From positions 42,160,001 through 42,224,000 of the forward strand of contig OX597820.1 in the NCBI GenBank assembly GCA_951406725.2: a DNA stretch of 64,000 nucleotides, written 5' to 3'. This stretch comes from Octopus vulgaris. Its lineage: Eukaryota. Below, one piece after another: positions 30,246 through 45,097 of this stretch (position 1 is its first letter; every line of letters starts with the position of its first letter). The notes beneath the pieces were generated by a model. The model had not been told where the DNA came from. It made no database searches and saw only the letters and a program-made list of their open reading frames with translations. The position numbers and the translations under genes were made by a program.

Positions 30246-30545
30246 TGCAGCGGGTGTTTGGCAAGCAGCCTGCTTCCTAATCACCTAGTTCTTTGTCCTG
30301 TCCCAGTGCGTGGCAACTTGGACATATGTCTTCTACAATAACCTCGGATCGAAGCTTTGTGAGTAGACCTGTTTTAGCCGGAAACTGGAAGAATCCTGTC
30401 GTATATATATGTATGTATGTATGTATGTATGCATGTATGTATGTATGTATGTATGTATGCTCGTATGTATATATTTGTGTGCCTGGGTCTGTCTGCCCTT
30501 CATTCCTTCACAACCGATCCTGGTGTGTTTACGTCTCCCCAACGT
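30245..30545 (+). mobile_element. SINE family A, diverged
   Basis: GCGTGGCAACTTGGACATATGTCTTCTAC...GGAAACTGGAAGAATCCTGTCG, internal microsatellite, then GGTGTGTTTACGTCTCCC. Confidence 0.7.
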
Positions 30546-30683
30546 GTGCATACATCTCGTTCTCTCTCACTCCCTTTGTGTATGTAATTTCATATCCATA
30601 GATATCTATACATGGCCTCACAGAAGGACACACAACCAGAAACGTACATATGGATAGATACACGCATACACACATGCATACGC

Positions 30684-30714
<31 letters not shown>

Positions 30715-30992
30715 TATATATGTGAATATATATAAATATATGTAAGTATATACATATACTCCATTTATATATATTCTAAGATACCTCTTAAACATAGCGA
30801 CACTAATGACCAATGCATACATTATATATGTGTGTATATATATGTGTGTGTATTCATATATATATATATATATGTATATATATATTCATGGATACATATA
30901 TATGGGCGTATGTATATAAGTATATATATATATATATATATATATATGCTAATACTCATTTATATAAATAATAACACACATGAAATAATACA

Positions 30993-31040
<48 letters not shown>

Positions 31041-31056
31041 TATACATTCATACATA

Positions 31057-31088
<32 letters not shown>

Positions 31089-32282
31089 CATACATATGTA
31101 TATATATATATACGTATATTTACATATTTCTACATACCTATATACATTTATATATGCCCAGTCTTATAAATAAGTATATACATGCATATATATACACATA
31201 TATTTACAGAGATTCTGTCCCCCTCCTCTCTCTCACACACATACTTACATACACATAGACACACACATATTTACGTGTTACAAACAAAATTCTGCACTAA
31301 ACACTGAAAAATAACGACGTTCATGATAATATGAACACAAGAATGAGAATTTGTATAATCTTAATCCATGTCTACCTAATTTATGGTATTCCTACTGTAA
31401 TAACCTGAACTGTGAATTTCGTCTGTGAACACTTTTAGGTTTTATTTCAATTAAATTTTTTCAGCTGTATCTAAGAGGTTTAAACAATATATAAGAGTAA
31501 TTAAAATTATATAAGATCTTTTTTTAAGAAACTCTCCAATGTAGTTAATGCATGTTGTTTTTTTATACAGACCCATGTTTACAACTCCGTTGCATTTTAA
31601 TGGCTTCAGAATAATGAAAGTAACTATTTATTTTCTGGAGATTCGAATTCAGAATTTATTTAACATATTCAGTGACAAAATTTTCCCATTCAACGACTGT
31701 TTACATTCACTTCACATCGAAGTGGATATAAAATGATACTGAAAATTTTACCTTAGCGAAAGTAACATTTATATCATAACTTCTGGGGAGTTAAAATAAT
31801 CAACTTTCAATAACATAGATCGTTCTTTACCAGAGTTTACACATCTCTCGAAATCGGTGGCTATGTTTCAAATGAACAGTAATAACGATGATAATAATAA
31901 AAAAAATACACCACTATTATGAATCATTGACTTATATTTGTATTATAATTCATGGGATATTTTAGTTCCAGGACCACATAGTAACGTCCCGTTGTTCGTA
32001 ATAGTCAGATACCTGTATTGACAAAATAGATCAAACAACTAAGCAGCCAAGGGAAATCATCCTAAACACCTTGTGATTCATCACAATATATTACTATTAG
32101 AGACACGCCCACAATACATAGCATTTTGTATAGTTGTATCAATACACAGGTAGGTATGAATATCTGAATATATGTGAGTAAGTACATGTTTAAATATATA
32201 TATATGTGTGTGTATGTGTGTGTGTGCATCCTTGTATGAATTGAATAATATATATATGTTTGCATATATATATATGTATATA

Positions 32283-32318
<36 letters not shown>

Positions 32319-32576
32319 AACATAAACATATATATATATTGTGTATATATATGAACACGAGTTTCATGTATATATATATGCATATTTGTACGTATATATA
32401 TATGTGTGTTTATACACATATCAATGTGAGTGTGTGTGTGTGTACATTTATGTAAATGTAAACATACTAATAAGTAATGTGCTCAAACTCACACACTTAC
32501 ATACGTACATACATACATTGAATCATACATATCTACGACTTCCGCTTTTGTTTATCTATAAATTTCAACTACGTAC

Positions 32577-32664
<88 letters not shown>

Positions 32665-33960
32665 GTATTTATGTAAATATATATTTATATATGTACATAT
32701 ATATATATACATACATATATATGCATGTACACACACACACACACATCTATGCAGACATACTCCCATGTCATGATCAATTTTAATGTGTAAATATGTAATA
32801 TGGAGTGATCCCTCAGTTTCTAATTTGTTACTTTTATATGTTATTTGATATAAAATAATATACATATGTGTGTATGTGTGTGCATACACACATACACTCA
32901 CACACAAACCCACACATATATATGTGTGTGAGTGTGTGTCTACGCGCGCGCGAGCATGAATGCATGTGTTAATCTACATATATGTATATAGACATGTATG
33001 CATGTATAATAGATATATGTATATATCTGATATTAACCATGAAATCTTTGTAAGTTTACATGTTTTCTCGAGTATATGGGTATGTACATATACATATATT
33101 TTTTTTAATGCATATCTTAGTCTATGTATATGGGCTTACATATGTCTCTTAACATGTAGAAAACTTTTCTCTCAACTTCTGTATTGCACTGAGATTCGGC
33201 TGAACTGTAAGAAGAAAATTGAAGTTCCAGTACCCGGTAAATGATCTTTTTGTTCTCTAAGATTATATATGTGTGTGTGTGTGTCTGTGTGTGTGTATTT
33301 GTGTGTGTGACTGCTAGTCATATACAACCTTGCTCGGACTTGTGCCTCGGAGGGTAACTTTCTAGGTGCTATCCCAGGGTCATACATGACAGATGGGGTG
33401 TCTCCTCCTATAGATACATATACATATATATATCTATATGTATATATATATATATACACCTTATATGTATATGTATATACATTTTATATATATATACTTT
33501 ATATACACGTACACAATTATATATATATATATATATACACTTTATATATACATGTACAATTTTTATACATATATACTATATAAATTGTGCGTATCTGCGT
33601 GTGTATGTGTTTGTCTGTGTGTGGTCGTTTGTCTGTTTGCGTCTGTGTGTGTGTATGAATATGTGCAGTTATTCGTCTGTGTCTGTGGTATGCAATTTTC
33701 ATTGTTTTTTTTTTTCATTCACTTCTGAGAAGATGTATCAGTGTTTTTGCATGGATATATTAGATATACAATTTTCAAGCATATAAAAGATAAAAAAAAT
33801 AACCATATAAAAGAGAAAATAGCCAAATATATCGGGCGACATTACACATACTTAAGCCATACTTTATGTTGGTGGCTGGACGTAGATAGCAATATACCTA
33901 TATGCCCTTGTGCGAGGCGAGTTTGTGCATAAATATCATTGACTTCATAAAACTAGATAA

Positions 33961-33994
<34 letters not shown>

Positions 33995-34151
33995 GTGCAC
34001 GCGCGCACACGCACACACACATATATATACATACCACCATACATACATATATATATATATTTATATATATGTATATATATATATATTTATATATATATAT
34101 ATGTATATATATGCATATATATAAATGTATATATATATATATATGTGTGTG

Positions 34152-34200
<49 letters not shown>

Positions 34201-34537
34201 GTGCGCGCGCGTGTGTGTGTGTCTGTGTGTGTACACATATATATATATAACGTATATGCATATATGTATGTGCTTGTGTGTGCGATTATGCGAGCTAAGC
34301 TTTTACACATACGCCCTCCTGTATAAGTCACATTTGTATATCTCGCTATCACTGTGGCGACCAAACTATCAGAAGCCTACACCGTCACAGGGTTATGCAT
34401 TTTCAGCTCAGGTGTGTGAAGCAACGAGAAATGGAGTGCTTACTGAAGAGCACAACGAGTCACCCTGCCTCGAGATCGAACCCATGATGAAGTGGTCAAT
34501 TATACTAACTTTTAATCTTCGCGCATTCACATTTGTA

Positions 34538-34572
<35 letters not shown>

Positions 34573-34642
34573 TTATATGTATATATATGTATATGTTTAT
34601 GTATATGTATATACATATATATATAATATATATTTATATATA

Positions 34643-34682
<40 letters not shown>

Positions 34683-34688
34683 CGTATA

Positions 34689-34734
<46 letters not shown>

Positions 34735-35403
34735 CGTATATGTATATATATGTATGTATATATATATATATATAAAGATAGATTGATAGATATACGTGTC
34801 CATATTAAGCTATGTACGCATGAAGATATATGTACATAGTCTTATATTTAAATACATGAATAACTCTTTAAATACAGCTTTATTCTGAAAGATCGTGTGT
34901 ATGTGTATGTGTTTTGGCGTGCCATGTGTGTGCATGAGTGTGTGTGTATCAGTGTGTGTGCTTATTGTTATTTAAACAAAACCTGTATGCATGTCGTCAC
35001 TTATATCCCACAATAAAAATATTTTGGTAGAGTGCCTAGAGCACCGGACACCATTATACCTTTTAGCATTTGGTTACGTCCCTTTAAAGTTTTAAAACTC
35101 AAATTAGCCTGAGTTGATTTTTATGTTTGGACCTTCAGGTGTTTATGAAAACAAAACTAAAAAAAAACAACAACTTGTCATTTCTTCTTGTCAGTTCAAT
35201 CAAGGGCACCTATTCCAACTTTTTTAACCTTTACCTATGAGACAAAATATGTATGTTTTTTTTTTTTTAAGTTAACGCAATTAATTAAAAGAAAATTATT
35301 AAATATTATAGACTTAGAAGTAATGTTATAAAATATAATTTAAGCTGAAATATATCTTTATATTAATTTTTCACAAATAACCAAATTGTTCTTCATATTA
35401 TTG

Positions 35404-35441
<38 letters not shown>

Positions 35442-36299
35442 CATCATCATCACCATTATTTTTATATATTGAAATAATCAGAGACAGTGCATTGGAAAAT
35501 AATTGATGTGCCGGAGAAAACGTGAGGAAGCGAACCTGGATATCTATGAAAATATAGCAGCTACAGTTTCGTTAAACATAACCACTCTGTGGTAGTGATA
35601 ACTAAGGCTACGTGGATAACGATAATATTCCTATGTTACTTCCTTAAAAAGAAAGGAAAGAAACAAAAAAATCATGCTAGAATGTATTTGATCATAAGAC
35701 TACTCGATTGGGGTTGGACTATGATCATGGAGTAATAGCAACAACAATTTGCTCTGTATAGTTATATCTCTTAACTTCCTATTACCACTGAAATTCTACT
35801 TTTCCTTTCACTCTTCCGGAGTCGAAATGTCCCACTCAACATTATGCTGTGAACGTTAGAAATAATTTTATTGTTAATTAAACATTTTTTTTTTGTTTGG
35901 GTTTTTTTTTTTTTGCAAAAGAATGGGCAGGAAACTTAGGCAAAATGCTCTCCGTTATTTAAGTTCTTTCACGTCTCGCCCATTCATTCTGATTTTTTAA
36001 AAAAATCATTTACATACAGCTGTATACTGCGGTGGATTAAATGAACTGTTTTCTTTCCAAAATTTGATTTCAGTGAGAAGATGCTAAAAATTATTATAGT
36101 TTTCTTTTGAAACACGTAGGTAGAATGGCTGCACGGCAGAGAATCGTGCAGCATTCATTTTCGTTTCTTTTTTTTTTTTTTTTCTTTTCTGTTATGAGTT
36201 CAAGTCTTTACTGGCTCTTCTAAATTCCTCATCTTTCCAAGGTTAGATAAAACAAAGTACCACTTGGAATCATTATCATTATTATTGTTATTGTTGTTG

Positions 36300-36865
36300 T
36301 TGTATTTCACCCGACGCTACGTTCTGAGTTCAAATTCCGCCGTGGTCGATTTTGCCTTTCATCCTTTCGGGGTCGATATGATAAGTACCAGTTGAACACT
36401 GGGATCGATGAAATCGACTCATCCCCTCTCCCTCAAGCTGCCCTTGTGGCAAAAATTTGAAATAATAATAATTATTATTACTAACTTTAAAGTAGTGGCT
36501 TGGCAGATCTGTCAGAGCGTCGGATGCACTTGTCTGTGGTATTCAGTAATGACCCTCACGTTCTAATGTCAAATCATGCCAGAGCTGGCATTGATTTTTC
36601 TATCTTTTTTTCCCCCATCCTTCAGGATTATTTAAGAAAAAAAAGTAAGAGTTAGCCACTGTGCTCGATTTAATCGATCCTTCCCCTCTCTGGCTATTTG
36701 CTTAATCATCGTCATTAAGGTGGTTATACAGCAGAATCAATAGCAATATCGAACAAAAATGCTGTATAATAATCAGTTATGTCCCTTCGCATTTTGCGTT
36801 CGAATCCTACATGGAATAAACTTCTCCATTCATCCTTACTAAGTCTCTAAAGATAGTCCTAATGA
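36300..36865 (+). mobile_element. Tandem cluster of SINE family B copies, variably diverged
   Basis: 36310-36465 has GTTCTGAGTTCAAATTCCGCCGTGGTCGATTTTGCCTTTCATCCTTTCGGGGTCGAT. More decayed heads at ~36495 and ~36718. Confidence 0.75.
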
Positions 36866-38577
36866 AGTAATAAATATAATTTAATCTACTTAAAAAGAAA
36901 TAATAATAATTAAACCGGTACCACTATTTTCATGATATACTTGCTCCTATGCGTTCTTTGCTGGAATGGTAAAAAGTGAAAAATAAGCAACACCCATATA
37001 TGTTTTTTCGTCTTCACACCCGCATTTCAGTGGAAACACGCAGACAAGCCAGTAGCGTCACTCGAAGATGGTCCACATACTACACTGAATTTACCAACCA
37101 GTTCTCTCTCTTTTTCACACCATCTCTGTCCCACCTGACTATAATCTCTTTGATTATCTATCCATTCTCTGTATACTTCTCTTTCTCAGTTTCTTTGTCC
37201 ATGTTTTGTCTGGTTACTCAGGTTTGCCTATCTCTCTGCCTTGCTCAGTCCGTTGTTTTGTATATTCGTCTCCCTCAGTTTCTTTCCTTTCATTTTCCTT
37301 GTGCCTTAACCTCCCTCTCTAGTTACCATCTTCTGTTTATACTAACGATCACACAAACACATTTACATGCGCATACTTTCACATTTTCTTTCTCTCTCTC
37401 TCTCTCTATCTCTCTCTTTCTCCTTTTGCTTCACACATAAAAGCTTTATTCACCTCCACCTCACTCTTTCAAGCATTCTTTCATTCAGTTATTCTAAACT
37501 ATCCGAGCCTTTAACGCAAATGCGTAGAAATTATCTCTCTCCTACATCTTTACTTTGTTTTCTATAACTTTCTCTTTTCATCTTTTCCTCATCCATTCTC
37601 TGCTTTTCTTTCACTTAATCTCACTCTTTTTCGTCCAGAGTTAGCAACACACACACACACACACACACACTCACACATATGCACAGACACACGTACGTAC
37701 ACATAATAGTTATATATTTCAGTAGCCCCCTCTCTCTCTCTCTCTATCTCTCTCTTTTTCACTCTCACTCTCATTCCTCATCCCCCTCCATTCTCTCTCT
37801 CTCACTTTCTCAACATCTAAACCATGCACATATTGACAAAAGGAGAATCTCTCATTTTTCCCTATGACACATTCATATTCTTTCCCCTCTCTCTACCACT
37901 CACTCACTCACGCAAACTCTCTCAAAGACACACGTTCTCTACGACGCTACCCGCTTAATCTTTTTTTCTTTCTAACTCTCTATCGCAATAAAAACAGAAA
38001 TGTAATCTTTATATTTCCTCCTCTGTCTCATACTATCTTCTCCTCTCACTTATCCCCATACCTGACACAATTATCCCCTTGCCTGAGTCCTGCTTATGTT
38101 CCTGACTATATATTTTTCTTATATCTTCTTTTTCTTTCTCAGCGCTTTCACATTCACCCTCTCTCTCCCTATCTAACTTATAACACCTACTTTTATATTT
38201 CTTTCTCTACCCACCACCTTCTGAACACTTTGCTCATTAATCGAAACATTCTCATTCGTCTACGAAACTGGTGAAAGTATCCCATTCCCATTACACAAAT
38301 AACGCATTCCTAAGCATGAATTAATATATATTACTTTCTCTGTGGATTACACACTCGCAGATACACACACATACACACACACATATGCAATTACACATAT
38401 ACATCTGTTATGTGTGTATATCAGCCGAAATTGCGAGGATGATCCGGTTCTTGACTGAAGATTAGAGGCTTCGAATGACCCGTCCGTTTTCTTTTTGTGT
38501 GTCGTCTATTGGAATGTTTTGCGTTCTTGTCCCATTTTGTATTTATATATATATTTTTTTATACACAGACACACAGT

Positions 38578-38649
<72 letters not shown>

Positions 38650-38865
38650 TAGACGATAACTGACGAGGAAAGAGCATGTCTATGTCCTGTGAGTGAATTT
38701 TCCCGTCCGTTCCTTTGTCGTGTTTCTGTTCAATTCTTGAAACCTAGATATATGTAAAGGCGAAGGCACCATCATTACATATGCAAACATTAACTAATCA
38801 GTATAAGCACTTAAGAACTAATATACAACAATCTATATCCACATATCTATTTCCTTTCTTGTGTG

Positions 38866-38912
<47 letters not shown>

Positions 38913-38979
38913 GGAAATACTACTAGGTGAAATTTGTTCATTTTTTAGAATTAATTATATTTCATCCTATATCTGTAAT

Positions 38980-39039
<60 letters not shown>

Positions 39040-39284
39040 GCACACACACATACTCAGATTGTGTGCGCATTTGTGTGTATGTGTGATGTGTGGTGTGTGT
39101 GTGTGTGTGTGTATGCCTCTATCTGTGTGTCTGTGTGTCTGTGTCTGTGTACGTGTGTGTTTGAGAGAGAGAGTGTATGGTAATTTGGTCTTCTTTGTTT
39201 TAACCACGATTAACTATATACATATGTATGAGTGTATGCGTGCGTGCGTGTGTGCGTGTGTGTGTACGTATGTACTCTTTTACT

Positions 39285-39500
39285 CTTTACTCATTTACTT
39301 GTTTCAGTCATTTGACTGCGGCCATGCTGGAGCACCGCCTTTAATCGAGCAACTCGACCCCGGGACTTATTCTTTTGTAAGCCCAGTACTCATTCTATAG
39401 GTCTCTTTTGCTGAACCGCTAAGTAACGGGGACATAAACACACCAGCATCGGTTGTCAAGCAATGCTAGGGGGACAAACACAGACACATAAACACACACA

Positions 39501-39542
<42 letters not shown>

Positions 39543-39700
39543 TACGACGGGCTTCTTTCAGTTTCCGTCTACCAAATCCTCTCACAAGGCTTTGGTCGGC
39601 CCGAGGCTATAGTAGAAAACACTTGCCCAAGGTGTCACGCAGTGGGACTGAACCCGGAACCATGTGGTTGGTAAATAAGCTACTTACCACACAGCCACAT
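39285..39700 (-). mobile_element. SINE family A, near full length
   Basis: Colinear and highly similar to 51485-51932. Tail on the minus strand is GGCGGTGCTCCAGCATGGCCGCAGTCAAATGACTGAAACAAG. Confidence 0.9.
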
Positions 39701-39971
39701 AATATATATGTATGCAGAAATATATTACATATATCATAGAAATCAGGAACTTCTCTGCACACACGCAAACGTAACGCTACACTCATCATACATCAGGATA
39801 CATTGTGATGTACGTGCACATATAAGTGTATATAAGAACAAGCGAAAATAATTCAACACATCGGGATACATTTTCTGCAAATACGTATCTGTGCACATAG
39901 ATCGCATGCAAGTACACACGTAAAATATAGGCACCAATATTCATACACACAGGCATACACAAGCGCGCACA

Positions 39972-40026
<55 letters not shown>

Positions 40027-40169
40027 ACACAGAGAAGTACAAATGCATACACGTTCGCATACACTCAAAACCCATACACACCTATTTAAAAATTAAATAT
40101 CCTTTATGGTCATAAAAATCGACGGCTATTGACTCTTAAAGGATTCAATACAGATGCAAAAACTATATA

Positions 40170-40358
40170 AAGGGCGACCGGAACGCGCTGGACGAGATGC
40201 TTGGCGGTATTTCACCCGTCGCTATGTTCTGAGTTCAAATTCCGCCGAGGTCGACTTTGACTTTCATGAAATAAGTACCAGCTAAACACTCGGGTCGATG
40301 TAATCGACTATGCCCCTGCCCCAAATTTCAGGCCATGCGCCTATAATAGAAAAGGAGT

Positions 40359-40451
<93 letters not shown>

Positions 40452-40918
40452 GTTTTTTTATTATTACTAGGCGGCGAGCTGGCAGAATTGGCAGCACACC
40501 GGGCAAATTGCTTAGCTGTATTCCGTCCTTCTTTACGTTCAACGTTCAAATTCCGCTGGGTTTGACATTGCCAGTTTTCCTTTCGAGGTCGATGACATAG
40601 GTAGAATTTGAGCCCTGAGGTTGATATAATCAACTAAACATGTCCCCAAAAGATACAGGCCTTTTACTTTTTACCTATAGTAGGAAGTATTATTATTATC
40701 ATCAAGGCGTAACCTGGCGGAATCGATAGCAGGCTGGACCAAATACTTAGCGGCATTTCGTACGTCTTTATGTTCTGACTTGAAATTCTACTGAGGTCAA
40801 CTTTGCCCTTTAACTCATTTGGGTCGGTGAAATGAGTACTAGTCGAGGATTGGGGACGATTTAATCGACTATCCCACTCCTCGAACTTAATGGCCTTGTG
40901 CTAAAATTTGAAACCTTC
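40170..40918 (+). mobile_element. Three head-to-tail SINE family B copies separated by (CAT)n/(TAT)n tails
   Basis: Copies at about 40170-40360, 40470-40690 and 40706-40918 share variants of GGCGAGCTGGCAGAAT...GTTCAAATTCCGCC...GTCGAT...CCAAATTTCAGGCC; each runs into a TAT-type repeat. Confidence 0.85.
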
Positions 40919-40928
40919 ATTATTATTA

Positions 40929-40992
<64 letters not shown>

Positions 40993-41007
40993 CATTATTA
41001 TTATTAC

Positions 41008-41052
<45 letters not shown>

Positions 41053-41700
41053 TATTATCATCATTATTATTATTATTATTATTATTGTTGTTGTTGTTGT
41101 TGTTGTTATTGTTGTTGTAGTTGTTGTTGTTGTTGCTGCTGTCGTTGGCGTTGTTGTTACGATATACATATGGGCATTTGTACATAAACATATATATGTA
41201 TATAATATACATATGTACACACACACACATATATGCGTGTGTGTGTGTCATTTCAAGATTTCTGGCCAATGTATGTATTAAAAGTGATATTTAATCAATA
41301 AAACTTTATCAAAATCATTTACTGCCTCTTACTGACCATAATATTGCACACGCACACTCTCTCCCTCTCTCACACACACATACACACACAAGCGCACGCG
41401 CACACACACATTCACCTTCATATATCGACACATAGTTATATGTATGGTTATATGTAATTGTTTATATGCATGTGTATACTGGCGTGTGTTTGGTTGAGAG
41501 TTTGTGTATGTTTATTCACCTATGCACCTATTCATTGCAACAGAGCAATCGGGAAACATTACAACAAACTTCAAAGTTTACTCATTTGTCTATTTTAGAA
41601 TCTTATTTCAAGAAAGCACTAGAAAACTACATGGGCTGTATCGTAAGTATTATTTATGTAAGCGCATACGCATCGTACTGAGTGCGATATCTGATCGATG

Positions 41701-41850
<150 letters not shown>

Positions 41851-41893
41851 CAACGAGAGATAGGAAACTGAAATACTCTGTATTTATTCGAAG

Positions 41894-42797
41894 CTTGATA
41901 CCGTTGTGTCCAATTGGTAGGAGCATATGGTGTCTACGTATGTGTTTTAATGTCCCAAGTTCAAATCCCATCACTTATTTCATTTTATTCCTTCAGCAGT
42001 CTACACTATTGCTACTTTAGAAGTATTATATATACGTAGCCAAAGCGATGCAATGGATCCCTATAGCTGTTGTTAGTTTATTATATTCAACAATTTCTAA
42101 GGTATATAAAAAAAAATTGTAGCTGTCCCTTATATATTTCTGTTAATATAAATGAACAGGATATTACTATTAGAATTTCTAAAATTCTAAAGAAAATCGT
42201 TAGATAACATCCTTTCTCAGCACACGACCCGATCTCTAAGAGGATAGAATCGACCACTTAATTTGGTACTTAATTTGTATACTTCGAAAAGTGAAGTCAA
42301 ACTCAGCAGAATTTGAAATCAGAACCTAAATCCGGAAGAAATGCCTCTAAGCAATTCATCCGGTGTGCTAAATTTTCTACCAGCACGGCCCTAGAAAAAT
42401 GTTTGCTTTGTGCCTAAACTAGGAGGTGTTGGGGTATTGCAGAATTAACAGAATGCAATAATTATGTTTCAGGTTACAGAACCTTACGAAGTTAACTTTC
42501 ATTCCTTCAGTTTCAAGCTAAGTGCCACGCATATATTGGATTTGATTCAGCTTAAGCTTCACTAACACACACACACGCATATACACACTCACGCATACAC
42601 ACACTCACGCATGCATGCACACTAGTACACACACATACACACACACACACACATCCGCACACACGCTTACGCACGCGTAAATGTATAAACACACAAAATA
42701 ATCTCCGTGCGTGCGTGTGTACATACAAAGAAATATATGTAACTATATTTGAGTGTGTCTCCACACACACACACATATATATGTTTTTGTATATGTA

Positions 42798-42837
<40 letters not shown>

Positions 42838-42890
42838 TATACATACATATATATATACACACACATATATACATACATACACACACACAC

Positions 42891-42942
<52 letters not shown>

Positions 42943-43699
42943 GTGTGTGTGCGTGTGTGTGTATGTATGTATGCATGTAGTATGTACAAGGTCTGTTACT
43001 TTCTAAAAGTAGTAATAATCTCTGAGGCCTTTAATGTCCTAATGTTCTCGTTAACTATATGAAAATCTTATTTCGATTTCACCTGTATTATTCATTATTC
43101 ATGATTCATTACTTATGCTAATGTTGTGTGGATGTACTGTCCTAATAGAGATAGTCCCTGACTTTTGACTTTCAGACTGATTTGCGTTGGGTTATTTATC
43201 AAGATAGTTGTTTCTACCTGCGTAAGGCTTACTTCTTGATTTGTCCGTACTGATAATTGATATTCTCATAGAAGGCCGTAAATTATTCAATAAATTTAAA
43301 GGACTGAAGGACTTACAATATCTAGTTACGTCCCTTCACTTTCCGAATTCACATCCCGCCCAAGTCAACTTTTTCTTTTATAGTTCCAGGGTCAATTAAA
43401 TAAACACTTGCAAAGAGGAAGGATCAGTTTCATTAAAATAACTTCACTCCCCGAACGACATTATTATGGGAATCATCAATCTAATAGAATATAGTTTTAT
43501 ATAGTACCATTAATTATTATGTCTGCTCTTGATACCGTTGTGTCCAATTGGTAGGAGCATATGGTGTCTACGTATGTGTTTTAATGTCCCAAGTTCAAAT
43601 CCCATCACTTATTTCATTTTATTCCTTCAGCAGTCTACACTATTGCTACCTTAGAAGTATTATAGATACGTGGCCAAAGCGATGCAATGGATCCCTATA
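41894..43699 (+). repeat. 172-bp dispersed direct repeat (41894-42065 and 43528-43699)
   Basis: CTTGATACCGTTGTGTCC...GGATCCCTATA occurs twice, 1634 bp apart, with three mismatches seen. Confidence 0.92.
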
Positions 43700-44040
43700 T
43701 ATTCAACAACAGGATACATAATGTTGTATTAGGGCCTTCAACAGTGAGGCTCCTTAGCAAATGTCTAAAATACCCATGTTTAAACGCTGTTGATTCCTAA
43801 TATATAAGGAAACATACAAGAAACACGTACGTACAGGTAACACGTTTCTCGAAACCAATTCTTATGAACAGTATAACTATTTGTTCTAGCAATAATAAAA
43901 GTAACACAAGACATGGTAGTAGCATTAGTAGAAGCAGTAGCCGATGTAGTATTAGTAGTTATTTTTGCAATATTGTTGTTCACTTACTACTGATGGTGTT
44001 CGGATGTTTAAATTTACGTATGGGTCACAGTACTTGTAAC

Positions 44041-44080
<40 letters not shown>

Positions 44081-44477
44081 CTGGTATGAATGCTATTAAT
44101 CCATTAGGGTGTTGATTAAATACCACTAATAAAATATAGCCCAACCAAACATTAAAACCCCTTACAATGTATCACGTAAAATATGTAAGTAAAAAGAAAA
44201 GTAAATGACTGATAATGAGGAATGTAATGAAGAAATAGATGAATATTAAGAACTAAGGGGCTATGGGATGGCAGAATCAGTACAGCATCCTCCTAGGTTA
44301 TTTAATTTCATGACCTTACATTCTTGGTTCGATTACCATCGGGCCTTTCATCCTTGTGGGATCGATAAAATAAGTACCATTCATGTAGTGAGAAGGGGTT
44401 GCAATTGACTATGATATGATAAACCAACGCTGGAATATATGAGATTTTTTGCTTTTATTAAAAAAAAATCAATATTA

Positions 44478-44575
44478 AAGAAGAAGAAGAAGAAGAAGAA
44501 GAAGAAGAAGAAGAAGAAGAAGAAGAAGAAGAAGAAGAAGAAGAAGAAGAAGAAGAAGAAGAAGAAGAAGAAGAA
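44478..44575 (+). repeat. (AAG)n microsatellite
   Basis: Uninterrupted AAG array, source of the poly-K and poly-F ORFs. Confidence 0.95.
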
Positions 44576-45027
44576 AGAGAGCAGGAAAGAGAGGAATAAG
44601 ATAATGGCACTAACCTCCAACAACAACAGAAAATTACTTATATTGTAATAGTAAATTTCTTAAATTGATATGTGTTATATATATATATATATATATATAT
44701 AAATATATATACATACACACACACACTCATATATACGCATGCATGCATATGAATATGTGTGTGTGAATGTGTGTGTGTGAATATATGTATTCAATTTTGC
44801 TTTGAGTTATTATTTATTTATTCATTAAGAATTATTTGAAGATAAGAGGTAAGAGATAAACAGATAAATGATGTATAAAAATAGACAGATAATACGTGCG
44901 TGCGTGCGCGCGTATATATGTATGTATTTATGTCTATATCTATCTATCTATCTATCTATCTATCTACCTATCTATCTATCTATCTATCTATCTACCTATC
45001 AATCTATCAATCTATCTATCTATCTAC

Positions 45028-45097
<70 letters not shown>

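Noticed and set aside
36976-38274. ORFs of 154 and 136 aa in a pyrimidine-rich stretch
   Set aside because: CT-rich low-complexity composition (F/L/S rich), no recognisable domain, and antisense to the host gene.
38659-38700. Hammerhead at CTGACGAGGA...TCC
   Set aside because: Core box and a short helix II are present but no GAAA or helix III follows.
41894-43699. LTR retrotransposon / TRIM
   Set aside because: The direct repeats lack TG...CA termini, PBS and PPT; the interior is microsatellite and SINE debris.
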